A DNA stretch of 63,334 nucleotides, the filler included, from Platydemus manokwari (lineage: Eukaryota), in assembly GCA_037951405.1 (NCBI GenBank). It is 6 parts of 6 records of this genome, joined end to end, with 100 filler letters (N's around TTAATTAATTAA, not from the genome) between each part and the next. Parts side by side here need not be neighbours in the genome. Positions count along the whole stretch, not along the records: positions 1 to 10,512 come from JBBMOY011127774.1; positions 10,613 to 19,645 come from JBBMOY011310649.1; 4 more parts are not named here. One strand, written 5' to 3'. The notes under the pieces were generated by a model. It was not told the DNA's origin and made no database searches. It saw only the letters and a list, made by a program, of their open reading frames with translations. Position 1 is the first letter of the stretch. The number at the start of each line of letters is the position of its first letter. Positions 1 to 12,329 of this stretch are shown one piece after another. Both the position numbers and the translations under genes were made by a program.

Positions 1-583
1 GTTATTTCTTCAAACATTTCATATTGTTCTTCTATTTGAGAATTTATCAATATGAAAAGACAATAACTAACTTGATTTGGTGCACGATATTGAAATTTTT
101 TCTAAACATTTTAATGAAGCAAAGGAAGAAATTTTCAATTTTTTAAAGAATATTTTCTAATTTCAACATTCACATGGAGTACCATTTTGAAACATATTTA
201 AAATCCGCTATTACTTTAGAAAACGCGCTTTAAACACAAACTGAAATGTCACGTCACTAAATTATGTATTTAAATACCATAATATAAACAAATATAATAT
301 AAACATTCTATGAAATCTGATTTGAAATAATTATAAATCGTTCGTACATATTCGCCGTCGTGATTATTTTCATACTATTCATACCACCCATATTCTTATT
401 CGTACTCGTACACGTAATTCTTAATATATAACCATTCGTCATTTTATGTTGTGATTTATTAGATCATGAAATTTCTATATTACATATATCACAAAAATAG
501 CACCTTTTTGGGCTTGCTTAAATTTACTCATTTTTTTAAATTAAAAATAACTTATTTTTGGAATTAAAAAAGAAATAAAGTTT

Positions 584-960
584 AATAACCCCGAAAATAT
601 TCCTTCAGCTTTTAGAATGTTAATTTCCGGTGGTTATCAACTCCAATTTTTTAGATTACAATAATTTAATAATATTTTCAAAAACTGTTTATCTAAATGA
701 ATACCAATTTTTATATCAGTGATTTAAGAATGGATTATTCAAAGAACCTATTAAAAAATATTTTATAATCAAGATCATATTTATATTTAACTATTAGCGA
801 AATATCTGACATCTTTGCAGATCTATTCGCCGAAATATCTAATATAATTATAACCATTAATGAAATTATGAATCCTTGTGATTTGAATTATTTTTTTTTG
901 AAAAATTTAAAACTCATGTAAATTATTTTTGATAATTCACAATCCACAATAATATTTATC
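584..960 (+). pseudogene. Degraded Maverick/Polinton packaging ATPase (A32/FtsK-like), N-terminal part, copy 1
   Basis: Manual translation gives NNPENIPSAFRMLISGG.. then (frameshift) FLDYNNLIIFSKTVYLNEYQFLYQ*FKNGLFKEPI and NEIMNPCDLN. This matches the Maverick ATPase pattern R.LI.G.SG.GKT...LDY..L.IF.K...EY. The Walker A core appears deleted; stops and frameshifts are present. Confidence 0.6.
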
Positions 961-1632
961 TATCTTTCTAAAGGTGGAATGATTGAACTTGACAATCATA
1001 TTTTCATATTTATGAGGTTTATATATAGGTTTTATTTTATTCTATTGAATATGTTTCGTTAAGTAATAAGTAATAGCTATATTTATATTTTCTTGCTTAA
1101 TTTTAATAGATTTTAAATATTTAATTTTTTTTCTATTGCTTGTTTTTGTTTAATATTTGTTGAACCATGGGTTTCCAAATATTTTTTTTCGTTAGTCTTT
1201 ATAATTTAATTTATTGTTAAAAGATTATTTCTTTAAATCCATCTATTTTTTTATTGAAATCTAGACAATTATTGAGGTCATAGCTATTGTATAAAGATAA
1301 AAAGAATATTATAATACAAGTTTTTAAAATACATCAATATTTTACTTTTTATTGAAAAGGTTCAAGAGTTTGGTGAAAAAGACATTTTTTAATTTGTGGG
1401 ATGTCAATTAGTCTTCACTGCTATTCTTTTTATTATTACATTTAGAAAAATTTTATGTAAAAAAAATGTGAAAATAAAAAACGGATAATTTAATATGCGC
1501 ATTTTCTAAATATATGGTAATTGATACATGTCAGAAAATAATATTAAAAAAAATATTAAAATATTAAAAAAAACAAATATTACTTGGATACTTATTTAAT
1601 ATTATTACATATTTATTTAGTGTTACTATTGT

Positions 1633-1890
1633 TTGTATAATGCTTCCTGTCCACTTGATTTCCCACGGTTTCACCTTTCAACGAATGAGGCGGAAAATCT
1701 AAAAAATAATGGAAATTTAAATGCAAGTGTATTTCAAAAGAAACGAAAGTTTACTACAGAAAACAAATTGAAAGCTATTGAGATGTATCAAGAAGGATTC
1801 AAGTACCTGGTTATTGCAAAAAAATTTGATACATCTTTCACCGTCGTTAGTAATTGGGTCAAGAATAAAAGTAAGATAATAGAAAATTAA
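1633..1890 (+). CDS. Single CENP-B-N/psq-type HTH protein (fragment or short paralog of 9022-10224)
   Basis: KRKFTTENKLKAIEMYQEGFKYLVIAKKFDTSFTVVSNWVKNKSKIIE aligns to the repeats of the 400-aa ORF. The ORF begins at a non-ATG codon, so it may be a terminal exon or a pseudogene. Confidence 0.55.
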   Translation: MYNASCPLDFPRFHLSTNEAENLKNNGNLNASVFQKKRKFTTENKLKAIEMYQEGFKYLVIAKKFDTSFTVVSNWVKNKSKIIEN

Positions 1891-1891
1891 A

Positions 1892-2035
1892 ACCAAATTG
1901 AGTTGATATTCTCAATTTTTATGATCATATTATTAAAATAAGCAATGATATTATTAAACATATCTGTAGTTAAATAAATCGATTTATAATTAAATTTGAA
2001 ACTAAAATAATCATATAGAAGAGTTATTTTTAGTC
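1892..2035 (+). repeat. Dispersed repeat, homologous to 24661-24775
   Basis: Shared blocks caaattgag..gata.tctcaattttta, caatgatatta and aatcatatagaagagtt occur in the same order at both sites. Confidence 0.6.
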
Positions 2036-2559
2036 ACTATTAGATATCTTAAAACAGAGATTTTAACTGAATTATACTAAATGAACTCTTTGATATGGAT
2101 TAAAAGTTTGAAATTTTTAAAGTCCATGAAGATTCTATTAATCAAAATTCGTACAACCGCATTTCTTTCCTTAAGAATCTTTCAATTGTAAGATATTTTT
2201 CAATCTCTCTATGCAAAAGTTGTGTTATAAATAAAATGATTGAATTATATTGGTTATGTCACGTTAAACTACTCAGATTATCAATTGTCTTTTGATAAAT
2301 CCTAACAACGAGCAATGAAAATCACGAAAGCATGTCCAAAATGATAAAACATTGAAAAGCAAAAAGAAGAGACCACATGTGAGAAGTCAACTATTTAATA
2401 AATGCGCGTTCGGGTCGACTATAAAATTTGAGGAAATTAAATGGAAAGTATTTTATATTTATTATGCTGAAAAAAATATTAATCGAACTAATTTGCATGT
2501 TTATCATTAAAGTTCTCATGACTTAATTTTTTTTGTTTGTTCTTATCTAAATATATACT

Positions 2560-4976
2560 AATATTCATTCAACTAATGATATTCATCATTTGTTTTAGCA
2601 TTTGTATTTATCTTTTATTCAAATTTATTAATTCAAATTATGGTTTTTGAAAATGTTTAATTAAAAATAATTTTTTAAAAAAATTTCTTCATTTATTATT
2701 CGATCAAAGCAATAAAATATCCCCTACATTCTAAGATTTTTCAACAAAGAATAAAAAATCAATATCTCGATGAAACGGATTTGGTACAAAGTTAGCATTA
2801 TTCAAAATTAATAATGGTACAAAAATTAATGGTACAAGCCCATAAAGTTTTACATTGAAATTTATTCTAGATATCTTAAGCTCTAAAATATTCTTTATTG
2901 GATATATCTTTTAAATTTTGATGGTAGTAAAATGCTTCAATAGGTTGTAATTCTGTTTCTTCTAACACATTAAAAGAAGAAATATATTCAAAGAGATAAA
3001 CACCTTTAGTTTTCCAAACTTCTAACTCTTTTTAAGCTAAAATAAGAATTTTTTTTCCATTAAGCTTTGAACATATTATAAATATTTTGAAATCTTTTCT
3101 TTCTCACTTAAGTTACTTAGATCAATTTCTAGAGATGATAAATTGTTTTTCCTAATTTATTAATTGATTTTATATTTTCATACAGGGAAGACTTTTTCAG
3201 TAATTCTTAATCTTCTCTTAATTCGATTCAAGTGAAAGTAAGTTAAATTCTTTTTTTTAATTCTAAAAACATTTCGTTTTTCATTGATTTGTTTATATTA
3301 TCTAGGGAGTTTTGGAATAGTCTTAAACTATTTGAAAACCCTATGCAACCATAATTTAAAAAAATATAAATTTATTCTGTTAAAGGTAATATTTTTATTT
3401 GTTTTGAATCTATAAATTGATTTATTTCTTTGGCTAAATCTTTTAATCATTAAATTGAAATCATATTTTGATCCTTGGTAGAAGAATAATTGTAAGTCTT
3501 TCGGCTTTCTTGAGGATGAGTTACATTATTCACATGCTGCTCTTCTGTAATTATTGTGTTGTAAATAATGATCATCATCTTTAACTTTATCTTTACATTC
3601 ATTTTTGTTTTTGTGCGGTCTTTTTTTATGCGCTTTTTTCTTTAATATTTAAAAAAATTTAAAATTTCTTTAATATGTTGTGAAAAATTATTTTTTATAG
3701 CTATTTATGAAGTTTTCGAATATTCTTTTTCTGCGGTCCCTATCTACCGCACAAAAACAGGTTTGACTGTATAAATATTACAATATATTAATAATGTTAA
3801 TTCTATCTTTCTCTTTCATATCAATTTCAAATTTGGAATTTAACAATTCTTTAAATTTATTTTCATTTTCAAGAATGTATATTACAAATACAGTTATACA
3901 ATTTTCACCTCTATATAATCTTTCTCCATTTTCTATTAAAGCGGGCTATCTTGATATTAGTTTCAGATAGATAAATGGGGGTTTTTGTTTAAATTCAACT
4001 TTTGTGCTCTTTCTTTTTTGAATATCAGTAGGCATATTTAAGCATTCAATATTTGATATTATTATTAAAGGAACCATTACTTGATGATTATAGTGTTTAA
4101 ACTTTAGAATATTGCAATTACATTTTTCTTTATATTTACATGTTCTACAATCTTTGAGATCTTTAATTTTAAAAGGCATAGCTATTCGTGCTGTAAATTT
4201 CTTGGTGATTTCTAAAACTGTTTTCTGTTAAAATATAGCAGCAACATATATCGCATATATTTATTTTTTCATTATTTCTTGACTTATAACTTATTTCACC
4301 CTTTATAAACTTATTAAAGTTTTTTATATAAACATAGTGTTTTTCCTCCTTTTTCTAAATATAGAAATTTTATATCTTGAGTATAATTTTCTTTTTTGAA
4401 ATAAATAAATTGGATATATTTGATAATATTTTCTTTTAGTATATTTACGTATGTTTTCACCGTTTAAATTTTTTATTTAATCTGTAAACATTTATTTTTA
4501 AAATCATTATTGTTCTCAAATTTCTTAATTTCATTAATTGGTGTGGGAAATGTTAAACCATTTGGATTTAATTTGATAAAATGTTTGATGTAATGAATTG
4601 GTCTATTTGTGTGAGCTCTAAAACCAATTGGATATGAAAGTGCTAGTATTGAATATAGAAAACATTTGTTACCATAATTTCCTATATTATTTAAAGACCT
4701 CTTTGTAAAAGGTAAATAACCCTGGTCTGTTAAAACATTTACATTCGAAATATTTACTGTTATACTTACTAATTCAAATATGTTCCACCCACTATCTTGA
4801 ACTCTTATTAAATCTTCATCTAATTGAGCTGGAAAATCCCTAATTTCTGGAGTTAAACTTGCTTCTGTTGATTTTGAAATTCTAATCTCTAAAGCTTTAG
4901 GGGATTTTAATTTTATTGTTGTAAATTCTGTATTTGGGTTAATTCTATGTAGAAATACTTTTGAAGATCCCTCCAA
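2560..4976 (-). mobile_element. Degraded Maverick/Polinton (adintovirus-like) protein-primed DNA polymerase B with endonuclease VII-like module
   Basis: Motifs in the expected order: NKCFLYSILA..YP.....NR..HY...LN..GLTFPTPINEIKKFENNN (ORF 4473-4976); LKFKHYNHQVMVPLIIISNIECL, equivalent to VP..IYADFE (ORF 3946-4179); KVKDDDH....NYRRAACE*CN....P..LQLFFYQGSKYDFNLMIK (EndoVII DHDH..YRGAA..CN plus FFHN..YD, ~3440-3600); KTKGVYLFEYISSFNVLEETELQPIEAFY (KGVYPYEY motif, ~2920-3020). Many stops and frameshifts. Confidence 0.85.
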
Positions 4977-5250
4977 ATAAATATAATTAATGAAAAAAAT
5001 AACAAAAACTGATTGTTTTTAAAAATTGAATCAAAAAGTTTGAATTGAAATGATTTAAATGTGAAAACATATCACTAAAACTAAAATAGAATAATGGTTA
5101 TTAACATAAAATTATTTCTTTCTAAAGAATAAATATTTAAGTATAATAATATTCACAAAAAATAAAGAATAAAATTCATTATTAAATAATTCAGTTTGTT
5201 TGACTGAATCATTTAATTAAAAATAGAAACCCATTTCCAAGGTTGGAAAT

Positions 5251-6070
5251 TGTTGAGAATTTTGACCATTGTCAGGATCAAAGTACAAACTCGAAAAGTT
5301 GGTGGAAAAATGGACTTTGACCTGACTGAAACATAGTCAATCGGCGAAATGGATTCTACCGATTTTAGGACAAAACAACATCAATTCATGGCGGTTAATT
5401 GTTCCACTGCACAGTGGTGCAGTATATAAAGTGAAGGCACTCAGTTGCTGACTGTCATAATTTTCACCAAAGCAGGAAGATTAACGTATTTTTAGAAAAG
5501 TAGATTGCCAAAATATTTTCTGAAGAAAAACTAGAATAGTTAGCAGAAAACTTATTGAGAAACTTATGGAACTTTCAAAACTAGAGAACCAAAGAAGCAG
5601 GTTATTATTTTTTATTTTGTTGTTATGAATATTAGTGGATAGTGCATTCTGAATATTGATATCTCAAAGTAGAAGTAGAAATTTTATCGTATCGTATTAG
5701 AATATTCGTGGATAGTGAATCTCGAATATTGGTAAAAGTAGAAGTTCATTGTATTAAGATATTCTAGGTTGTGTATTTCGAATATCAGTATTGTAACATG
5801 AGATAGTAAAGAAAAGCGAACTTCGAGTACGTAGTATAGGCCAGGAGTAGCTCCTCAGCCAGTATCTCAGTATTGTGCGTGGATTTAATCAGTGATTGAC
5901 AGTTCTTTATTAAGGGTCAAGCTCGTTGAGTGAAAAACACTAGTACATTGTGATATAAATATATCTTAGTGAGAGTAGCGTCTATCTTTTGGAGTCAGAT
6001 AGAATTTGTTAGAGAAAGATACGAGCCTGTGTTGCGTCTAGCGTCTAGCGGACCCAACACTTTTACAACA
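5251..6070. mobile_element. Probable solo LTR inserted between Maverick remnants
   Basis: An 820-bp block with higher GC than its flanks, bounded by TGTTG...CAACA and with a TATATAAA at ~5423. An internal ~78-nt segment (5827-5905) recurs inverted at ~35015-35095. No clean target-site duplication found. Confidence 0.5.
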
Positions 6071-6639
6071 ATTTCATATTTAATATTGACATATTTATTT
6101 ATAAAATCTACTAATGTTGCTTTTTCTTCAAAATAATGACTACATATATCTTTAGTTGGTATCGATTTCTTTTTAATAGTAATAGTTTTATAAATAACTG
6201 AAATAGAATTTCAACTTTCATTTGCTGTAGACGTACTTGGCTCCTCTGTATTCATGATTTTAATGTGTCTATTTATTTGGTTAAAATGTGCTTTAGATTT
6301 CTCATGATTCTTTAAACCTTGAATATTTTAAAAATGTTGTTAGAAATTTCACACATTTTTTCGTTCATTTTATAAGCACACTATTTTTATAGTAATTAAA
6401 CTAAATTATTTTTGCAAAAATGTGGGATCTATGGGAATTTAATCGCAACCCATTTTATTTATTACGCATAAAAACCTGTAAATAATCTCTATCGACCAAC
6501 AAGCATGTCAAATGCTTTTTAATGTCACATATAAATTTATTTTTACTGATGCGATTAATTTTTCATAACCCGTTTTAGTGAAAAAATGAAAATATCTTTA
6601 ACTATATATTAATAAAAGAGTATTTTCTGATAAACATAA

Positions 6640-7290
6640 AATATATTATTATGAACAAGAAATATTTCTTGTTACTTTTTTGAACAGAATGCAAGAAAGT
6701 TGTCACCTCTAGAAAAAAATATTTATAAATAATCATCACTTCTAAATTCAATGAAATTATAACCCCCTCAGATTTAAATAAAACTTAACACAATTTAGTA
6801 TTTTTTGATGATTGTGTTACAGAGACAAATCAGAAAATAATATAGCTCTAATAGTATTTACCTATTTCAAAATTGGTTTGATTTACCAAAGAAAACAATT
6901 TGAAATAATTCAAATTTTATTATTTTGTTTAAATTAAATAAACGAGATAAAAATTTAGTATATTCAGATTTATCTAGTAATAAAATAGAAAAAAGAATTT
7001 AATTTTCCTGTAAATAAACAATGGAACGTGAAATGGAACGCAAGCGGAAGAAATAATAGCATTAATAATATTTACCTATTTCAAAGCTAGTCTATATTGA
7101 ATAAAATCAATTAAGATCAATTCAAATTTTATTTTTTATGTTTTTATTAGATAAACGAGATAAAGATTTAATGCATTCTGATTTATTTTCCAGCACTGTA
7201 AGAAAAGTAAATTTTTGTAAATAAAAAAAGAATGAAAACTTTAAATATGCAGCTTTTGATAAAAATAAATGTATAATTCTTTCGGATATG
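6640..7290 (+). pseudogene. Degraded Maverick packaging ATPase, C-terminal part, copy 2, with a local tandem duplication
   Basis: EIITPSDLNKT*HNLVFFDDCVTETNQKI (Walker B hhhhDD), then QNWFDLPKKTI*NNSNFIILFKLNKRDK (Q..F.LP...IR.N.N..ILF motif). The segment ~6850-7010 is repeated in diverged form at ~7065-7230. Confidence 0.75.
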
Positions 7291-9021
7291 TTAACAATCT
7301 ATAGAGAAGAAAAATGAAGACTTCAATTATTAAATTAAACATGGAGAGTTTTTATATAAATAAAAGAATAAAATAATTAGAAAAGATTGATTCCTTGAAA
7401 AAAATAGTAAATACTGAATCTCAAGCAAATCAATGTTCCATAATTTTTATGAACGAGGTATCAATGAATTTGCTAAAGCTTTATGAGCACCTATTGTACT
7501 AAATCAAGCTAAAATTTGTCAACAATTGCAGACTATAAATTTAAAATCATTTTTAGAAGAAAATGGTATAGGTAGATATGAAAATATGTGGACAATTATC
7601 TATGTATGTTTAATATTGTTTAGATAATAGATTTGATTATATTAATAATCAGTAAAATCAGTACAACTTGCCATCGAAGATAAAATTCAACGAATAAATT
7701 TCATTAAATAACAATGTGCCTTTGATAGCTTTAAATTTGTGAATTTTAAAAATATCTATAGTCCATAAATTTGATAATTGATGCTATGAATGTTAATCCA
7801 TATTTCTGTTGATTTTGAAAAATATATTGAGTGAAATTATTAAATTTTATCAAAAAAGTAGTCTTGACTTTGGTAATATTATGGTAGCAAAGAAATAAAC
7901 ATTGGAATTGGTGTAGATTCAACTTGTGAATTTAAAATTCCTAAAACACGAGAAGGATTACCGTATGAGAAATATATTTTTGTATTGATGGAAAATGGTA
8001 ATGTTGTAAAAATCTTTGACGTTATTGCATTTTTTTGTATTACATTGTATCTCGTCATATTTTGAACGAAATGACACGAAATGATAAGTAATGGGTACTT
8101 TTAGGAAAAATATTCCTCGATAATTCTAATATTTAAAATTTTCACCTTAAATATCAACATAATATGACAAAATATTAAAGAAAAACATATTATTATTATG
8201 AAGAAAGATGTGATAAGATAAATATTTTAGAAAACATCAAAAATAAACATATAAAATAACACTTAAACAGTCAAGGATATTTACAGAAGATGTTATTGTT
8301 GTACATATAAGAGGGTCAAGCATTTGAGTGATAAATTTAATTATATAATTTGTACTATTTTCGAAATAATTTAGAAAAATATTTATTTGGAAAATATGAA
8401 ATACATTAATCAGATCCCAATAGTTTTTTAAAAAATTTATGTTTGAAGAAAATGAAACATTAGATGATAAATGTGATACAATATACGATTTATAAGTGAA
8501 AAAATAATTCAATTTAAAAAGGAAAGATCTAATAAAACAATAAACAGATCCCATTTTATAAAATCAAAACTAAAAAATATCATTAAATAGATAAAACTGA
8601 TAGAAATTGTGAAAATGATTATAAAAGAATAAAGTGAATAAATTCATATTATGATATTTGCGAGGATAATTTTAAAAATGTAATTTAACTATACAATAAA
8701 TTAATGAGGAATTTACTTCTAGTAAACGTAAAATATATTATTATGATCAAGGAACAGATGTCATTTCCTAATTTAATTATAAAAGATATATTTTAAAAGA
8801 AGGACATTATTAGCATATCTTGGAAAAATATTTAAATGTAAGCGAATTAAGAATTATTAATACTATTAGAAAATTCATTTTCCATATATTTTTTTAAATG
8901 CCTAAAGGCATAAAGACAATCAAAAAATAATTTTTAAAATAAATATTTCTATTAAATTTAATTAAAATTTCTAAATAACAAAAATTTTTAAAAAAATGAA
9001 TGTTTTATTGGAGCATTACAA

Positions 9022-10224
9022 TTAAATTTCTTCCAATTTGATAGGAGATTCAAGTCGTCTTTTCTTGGATTCATTCGGATCCTCAGTGTCATTTATTTTT
9101 CTTTTTATATTTTCTTTTCTATCATCGGTGCTACATGTTAATGAAATGGGCAACGCTAACGCATCTTTAATCATTGGTAAGGCTTTCAATTTATTATCTG
9201 TGGTAATTTTACAACTTCTTTTTGGTAAATCACGCCCTTTTCTATTTACAATATTTTCTAATCTGTTCATTTGTTCCGGTGATATCTGATCACTGCTTTT
9301 AGACACTTTTTCAATTATTTTACTTGTATCATTGACACAACTCCAAACTTGCTTATAATTCATTTGAAATTTATCAGCAATGACTTTCATCTCGATTCCT
9401 TCTCGATACATTTCGATGATTCTTAATTTATTATCTAAAGAAATCTTTGATTTTTTCTTCCGTAATTCTAATCCACTTTCATTTACAATGTTTTCTAATC
9501 TTTTCAATTCTTCTGGTGACCTCTGATCACTGCTATTAGACAGGTTTTCTAATAAATTATTTTTGATTTTTATCCAATAACGTACGATGTTGGGAGATGT
9601 GTCAAATTTATTCGCAACAGCTTGTAATGTGAATCCTTTCTGATACATTTCAATGGCTTCGAATTTATTATCTAAAGAAACCTTAGCTTTGGTCAGAAGA
9701 TCCTTTTTGTAATTATTTGAATTAAATTGATCGGTGGCTTTACTTTTTTTATTTTGTTCTTTTCTTTCAAGAATTTCTTGTTTACTATTTAAAATGTTTT
9801 CTGACTTTTTTATTAGTTCCGTTGATAATTGATCACTATTTTCTGATACTCTCTCCAATAATTTACTTTTATTTTTTATCCAATACCAAACGTTTTTGTT
9901 GGAAATATTTAATTTATCAGCTATCGCTTTATACGTCAATCCTTCATGATACATTTCAATAGCTTTCAATTTAGTGTCTAAAGAATATATAGTGCGCTTG
10001 TTTGATTTCAAATCATTGCTTGATCTAATCGCACTGTTTTTTATTTTTTTAAGATCGTTCAATATCAAGTTTTCACTTTGGTCAGTCACTTTGATTTCAT
10101 TATTGATTAAATACATTAAGTGCTCTGAGAATTTTTCGAATTTATTCGGTATCTTCTTTAACTTAATGATTTCATCATGATTGTCACTTGATTCTTTGTT
10201 GTGTACCACTGATATATTTTCCAT
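9022..10224 (-). CDS. Intact 400-aa protein with three tandem CENP-B-N/psq-like HTH repeats plus a partial fourth and basic NLS-like motifs; no transposase catalytic domain
   Basis: Open 400-codon ATG-initiated ORF. Repeats SLD.KL.AIEMY..G.....IA.K......V..W.K.K..LLE..S.SSDQ.S.E occur three times; the C-terminus has KRKIND and SKKRR. Confidence 0.8.
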   Translation of the reverse strand: MENISVVHNKESSDNHDEIIKLKKIPNKFEKFSEHLMYLINNEIKVTDQSENLILNDLKKIKNSAIRSSNDLKSNKRTIYSLDTKLKAIEMYHEGLTYKAIADKLNISNKNVWYWIKNKSKLLERVSENSDQLSTELIKKSENILNSKQEILERKEQNKKSKATDQFNSNNYKKDLLTKAKVSLDNKFEAIEMYQKGFTLQAVANKFDTSPNIVRYWIKIKNNLLENLSNSSDQRSPEELKRLENIVNESGLELRKKKSKISLDNKLRIIEMYREGIEMKVIADKFQMNYKQVWSCVNDTSKIIEKVSKSSDQISPEQMNRLENIVNRKGRDLPKRSCKITTDNKLKALPMIKDALALPISLTCSTDDRKENIKRKINDTEDPNESKKRRLESPIKLEEI

Positions 10225-10512
10225 GTTGTAATTATTTTAATATCATTAAATATCATTTTAAAAATAAAACAAAAATTATAATAAAATTGTTTTATTTGAA
10301 ATACTATTGGTCTAAATTATTTTTAAATATAAATTATCACAAATTAATAGGATAACGATAATATAATTTTATAATTTTGCAATAGGTACACGCTGCTTGT
10401 TTGAATGAAGCCCACGACGATGACGAAGGTTAATAAAAATGCAAGAAGCAATGACGCAACCAGTGCTAATCCTGTGTCAAGCACTGATGACGCAATGCCA
10501 CTTAATTTGGGT

Positions 10513-10612
10513 NNNNNNNNNNNNNNNNNNNNNNNNNNNNNNNNNNNNNNNNNNNNTTAATTAATTAANNNNNNNNNNNNNNNNNNNNNNNNNNNNNNNN
10601 NNNNNNNNNNNN
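10513..10612. other. Artificial contig spacer N44-TTAATTAATTAA-N44 (also at 19646-19745, 30666-30765, 39785-39884, 53183-53282)
   Basis: The identical 100-nt construct occurs five times and its core gives stop codons in all six frames. Confidence 0.97.
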
Positions 10613-10880
10613 TTCTAAATTACTCACCATATTTTCTAAAATTTAACAAATCAATTACTTGCCGCAGATGTAATATTGAACCCGAAACCACCGCACATGT
10701 TTTCAATCACTGCCCAGCATTTCCGGGCAAATGCAACAAGAGACACGCAATGGTACTAGAAACAATAGGTAAATACTTACAATCACTCGGGTTTGACACA
10801 GATATTAACACTACTCCGGTTGAATTAGAAACAAAATTCCGACCCGACCTTATTTTTCGAAATAATGCTAAAAAACACAC
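10613..10880 (+). mobile_element. Fragment of a non-LTR retrotransposon with restriction-like endonuclease (R2/R4/NeSL group): CCHC knuckle and start of the REL domain
   Basis: Translation CRRCNIEPETTAHVFNHCPAFPGKCNKRHAMVLETIGKYLQSLGF...TKFRPDLIF contains C-x2-C...ET..H...C, RH and RPD motifs. Confidence 0.8.
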
Positions 10881-11772
10881 ACATACACCAGGACCTACAT
10901 GATTTTATATTAACTTACTTCATAAATTTTCCAGAATTTGCTTTACTTCTGCATATTCGTCCACTGAAGAAAGAAATTTTTCCACGTTTTTACCATTAAA
11001 AATAGGTGATTCTTTGAAAACTAATCGAGCTATTTCTAAATCTGCTCTTGGCGCCATATGATAAGAATTTTAGAATATTATTATTTATTAATTCAAAAAA
11101 ATTATTCAAATATATATACGTATATTACAAAAAAATCAGTACTATGAGTATTGTCTTTAGAAAATATTTTAACATTAAAAAATTTCTTAGAGTTTTTGAA
11201 AAATGTCTTAAGTTTATTTTTAAACTACTCACTTCATCTAAACTTTCGTGGTTTAGTTTCCATAAATATTATAATAGCCAAAAAATAATATTCGGGTTGG
11301 TGGTAAATTTACCTATAAATCTGTATTTTCTCAAGGAGATGTACCCGTTTTCCGCGTACCATTTTGTCTTGATTTTCTTATTCAATATGTTAGTGGAAAC
11401 AGAAGTTGTATTGGAAGAAAAGATGCAACTACTTTTTTAAATAATAATTATGGACCATAATTTATTTGTTAATCTTATTTGAGAAAGAAATGGGAATTAA
11501 TGATTACAAAACCCAGATAATTTATTTATTAATTAAATAAAAAATGTCAAAATCGAAAGTTTTCTATTTACTTATTTGATAAATTACTTAAAAAATTAGA
11601 TAAACTATTTACAATTAAGTTATTTATTAGTAACACATTTTCTTATCTCTTGGAATATATATTGATTGATAAACTTATAACTAATGAAGAAATATATGAA
11701 ATCATAAATTTATATTTTTAGAAAATAATTAGAAAATAATAAAGTACTAAATTTTGTATTTAATTAAATTAA

Positions 11773-12329
11773 ATGGATGATCAAAAACGTTATCCCTCTT
11801 TTGGCAATTTTTATAATCCAAGTGCTCCAATAGACCCATAGAATATAATACATTAAGTGTAACGATTAATAATCTTAGGATTGAAAATTTTATAAATAAA
11901 AAGAAATTTAGAAAAATTATTGGGTGATTGAAATAAGTTAACAAATAAATGGACAAAAGTTGACAGTGGTCTTAAGTATTTTATTTTAATATTTGGTGGA
12001 GTTTTTCGTGTATTAGCAACTATTTTACAAACTCTTTCGGGTATTAGGATTTTAATTATATTTACTTCATAAAGTGGAGTAGGAGTTAGTTTGTTAACAA
12101 TAATACAATGTGTTATTGGAGAATCATTTAATATTGGATTAAGTAATCAATAATAAAAAAGTATAGAGAGATTTGTGAAACGATTAAAAATTGTAATGAT
12201 CAATCATATTTATTCCAATTTAAATTTTTGGAAGATAATACATTGGTAGATGAAGAAATTATTAAAGATAAAGATATTAAAGATTTACGTGAAGAAATTT
12301 TGAAGATTATTGAAATTGATAAAAACTAA
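11773..12329 (+). pseudogene. Degraded Maverick/adintovirus membrane protein of the gasderminX type
   Basis: MDDQKRYPSFGNFYNPSAP, a basic coiled segment, two Gly-rich hydrophobic stretches (ILIFGGVF..LATILQTLSG; SGVGVSLLTIIQCVIG), then KYREICETIK...KFLEDNTLVDEEIIK. This resembles the YP..PSAP / two-TM / KAL.DG.IS.EEF layout recalled for this family. Contains stops and frameshifts. Confidence 0.5.

Noticed and set aside
9038-10180. Plus-strand ORFs 9038-9289 and 9974-10180
   Set aside because: Antisense shadows of the 400-aa HTH gene.
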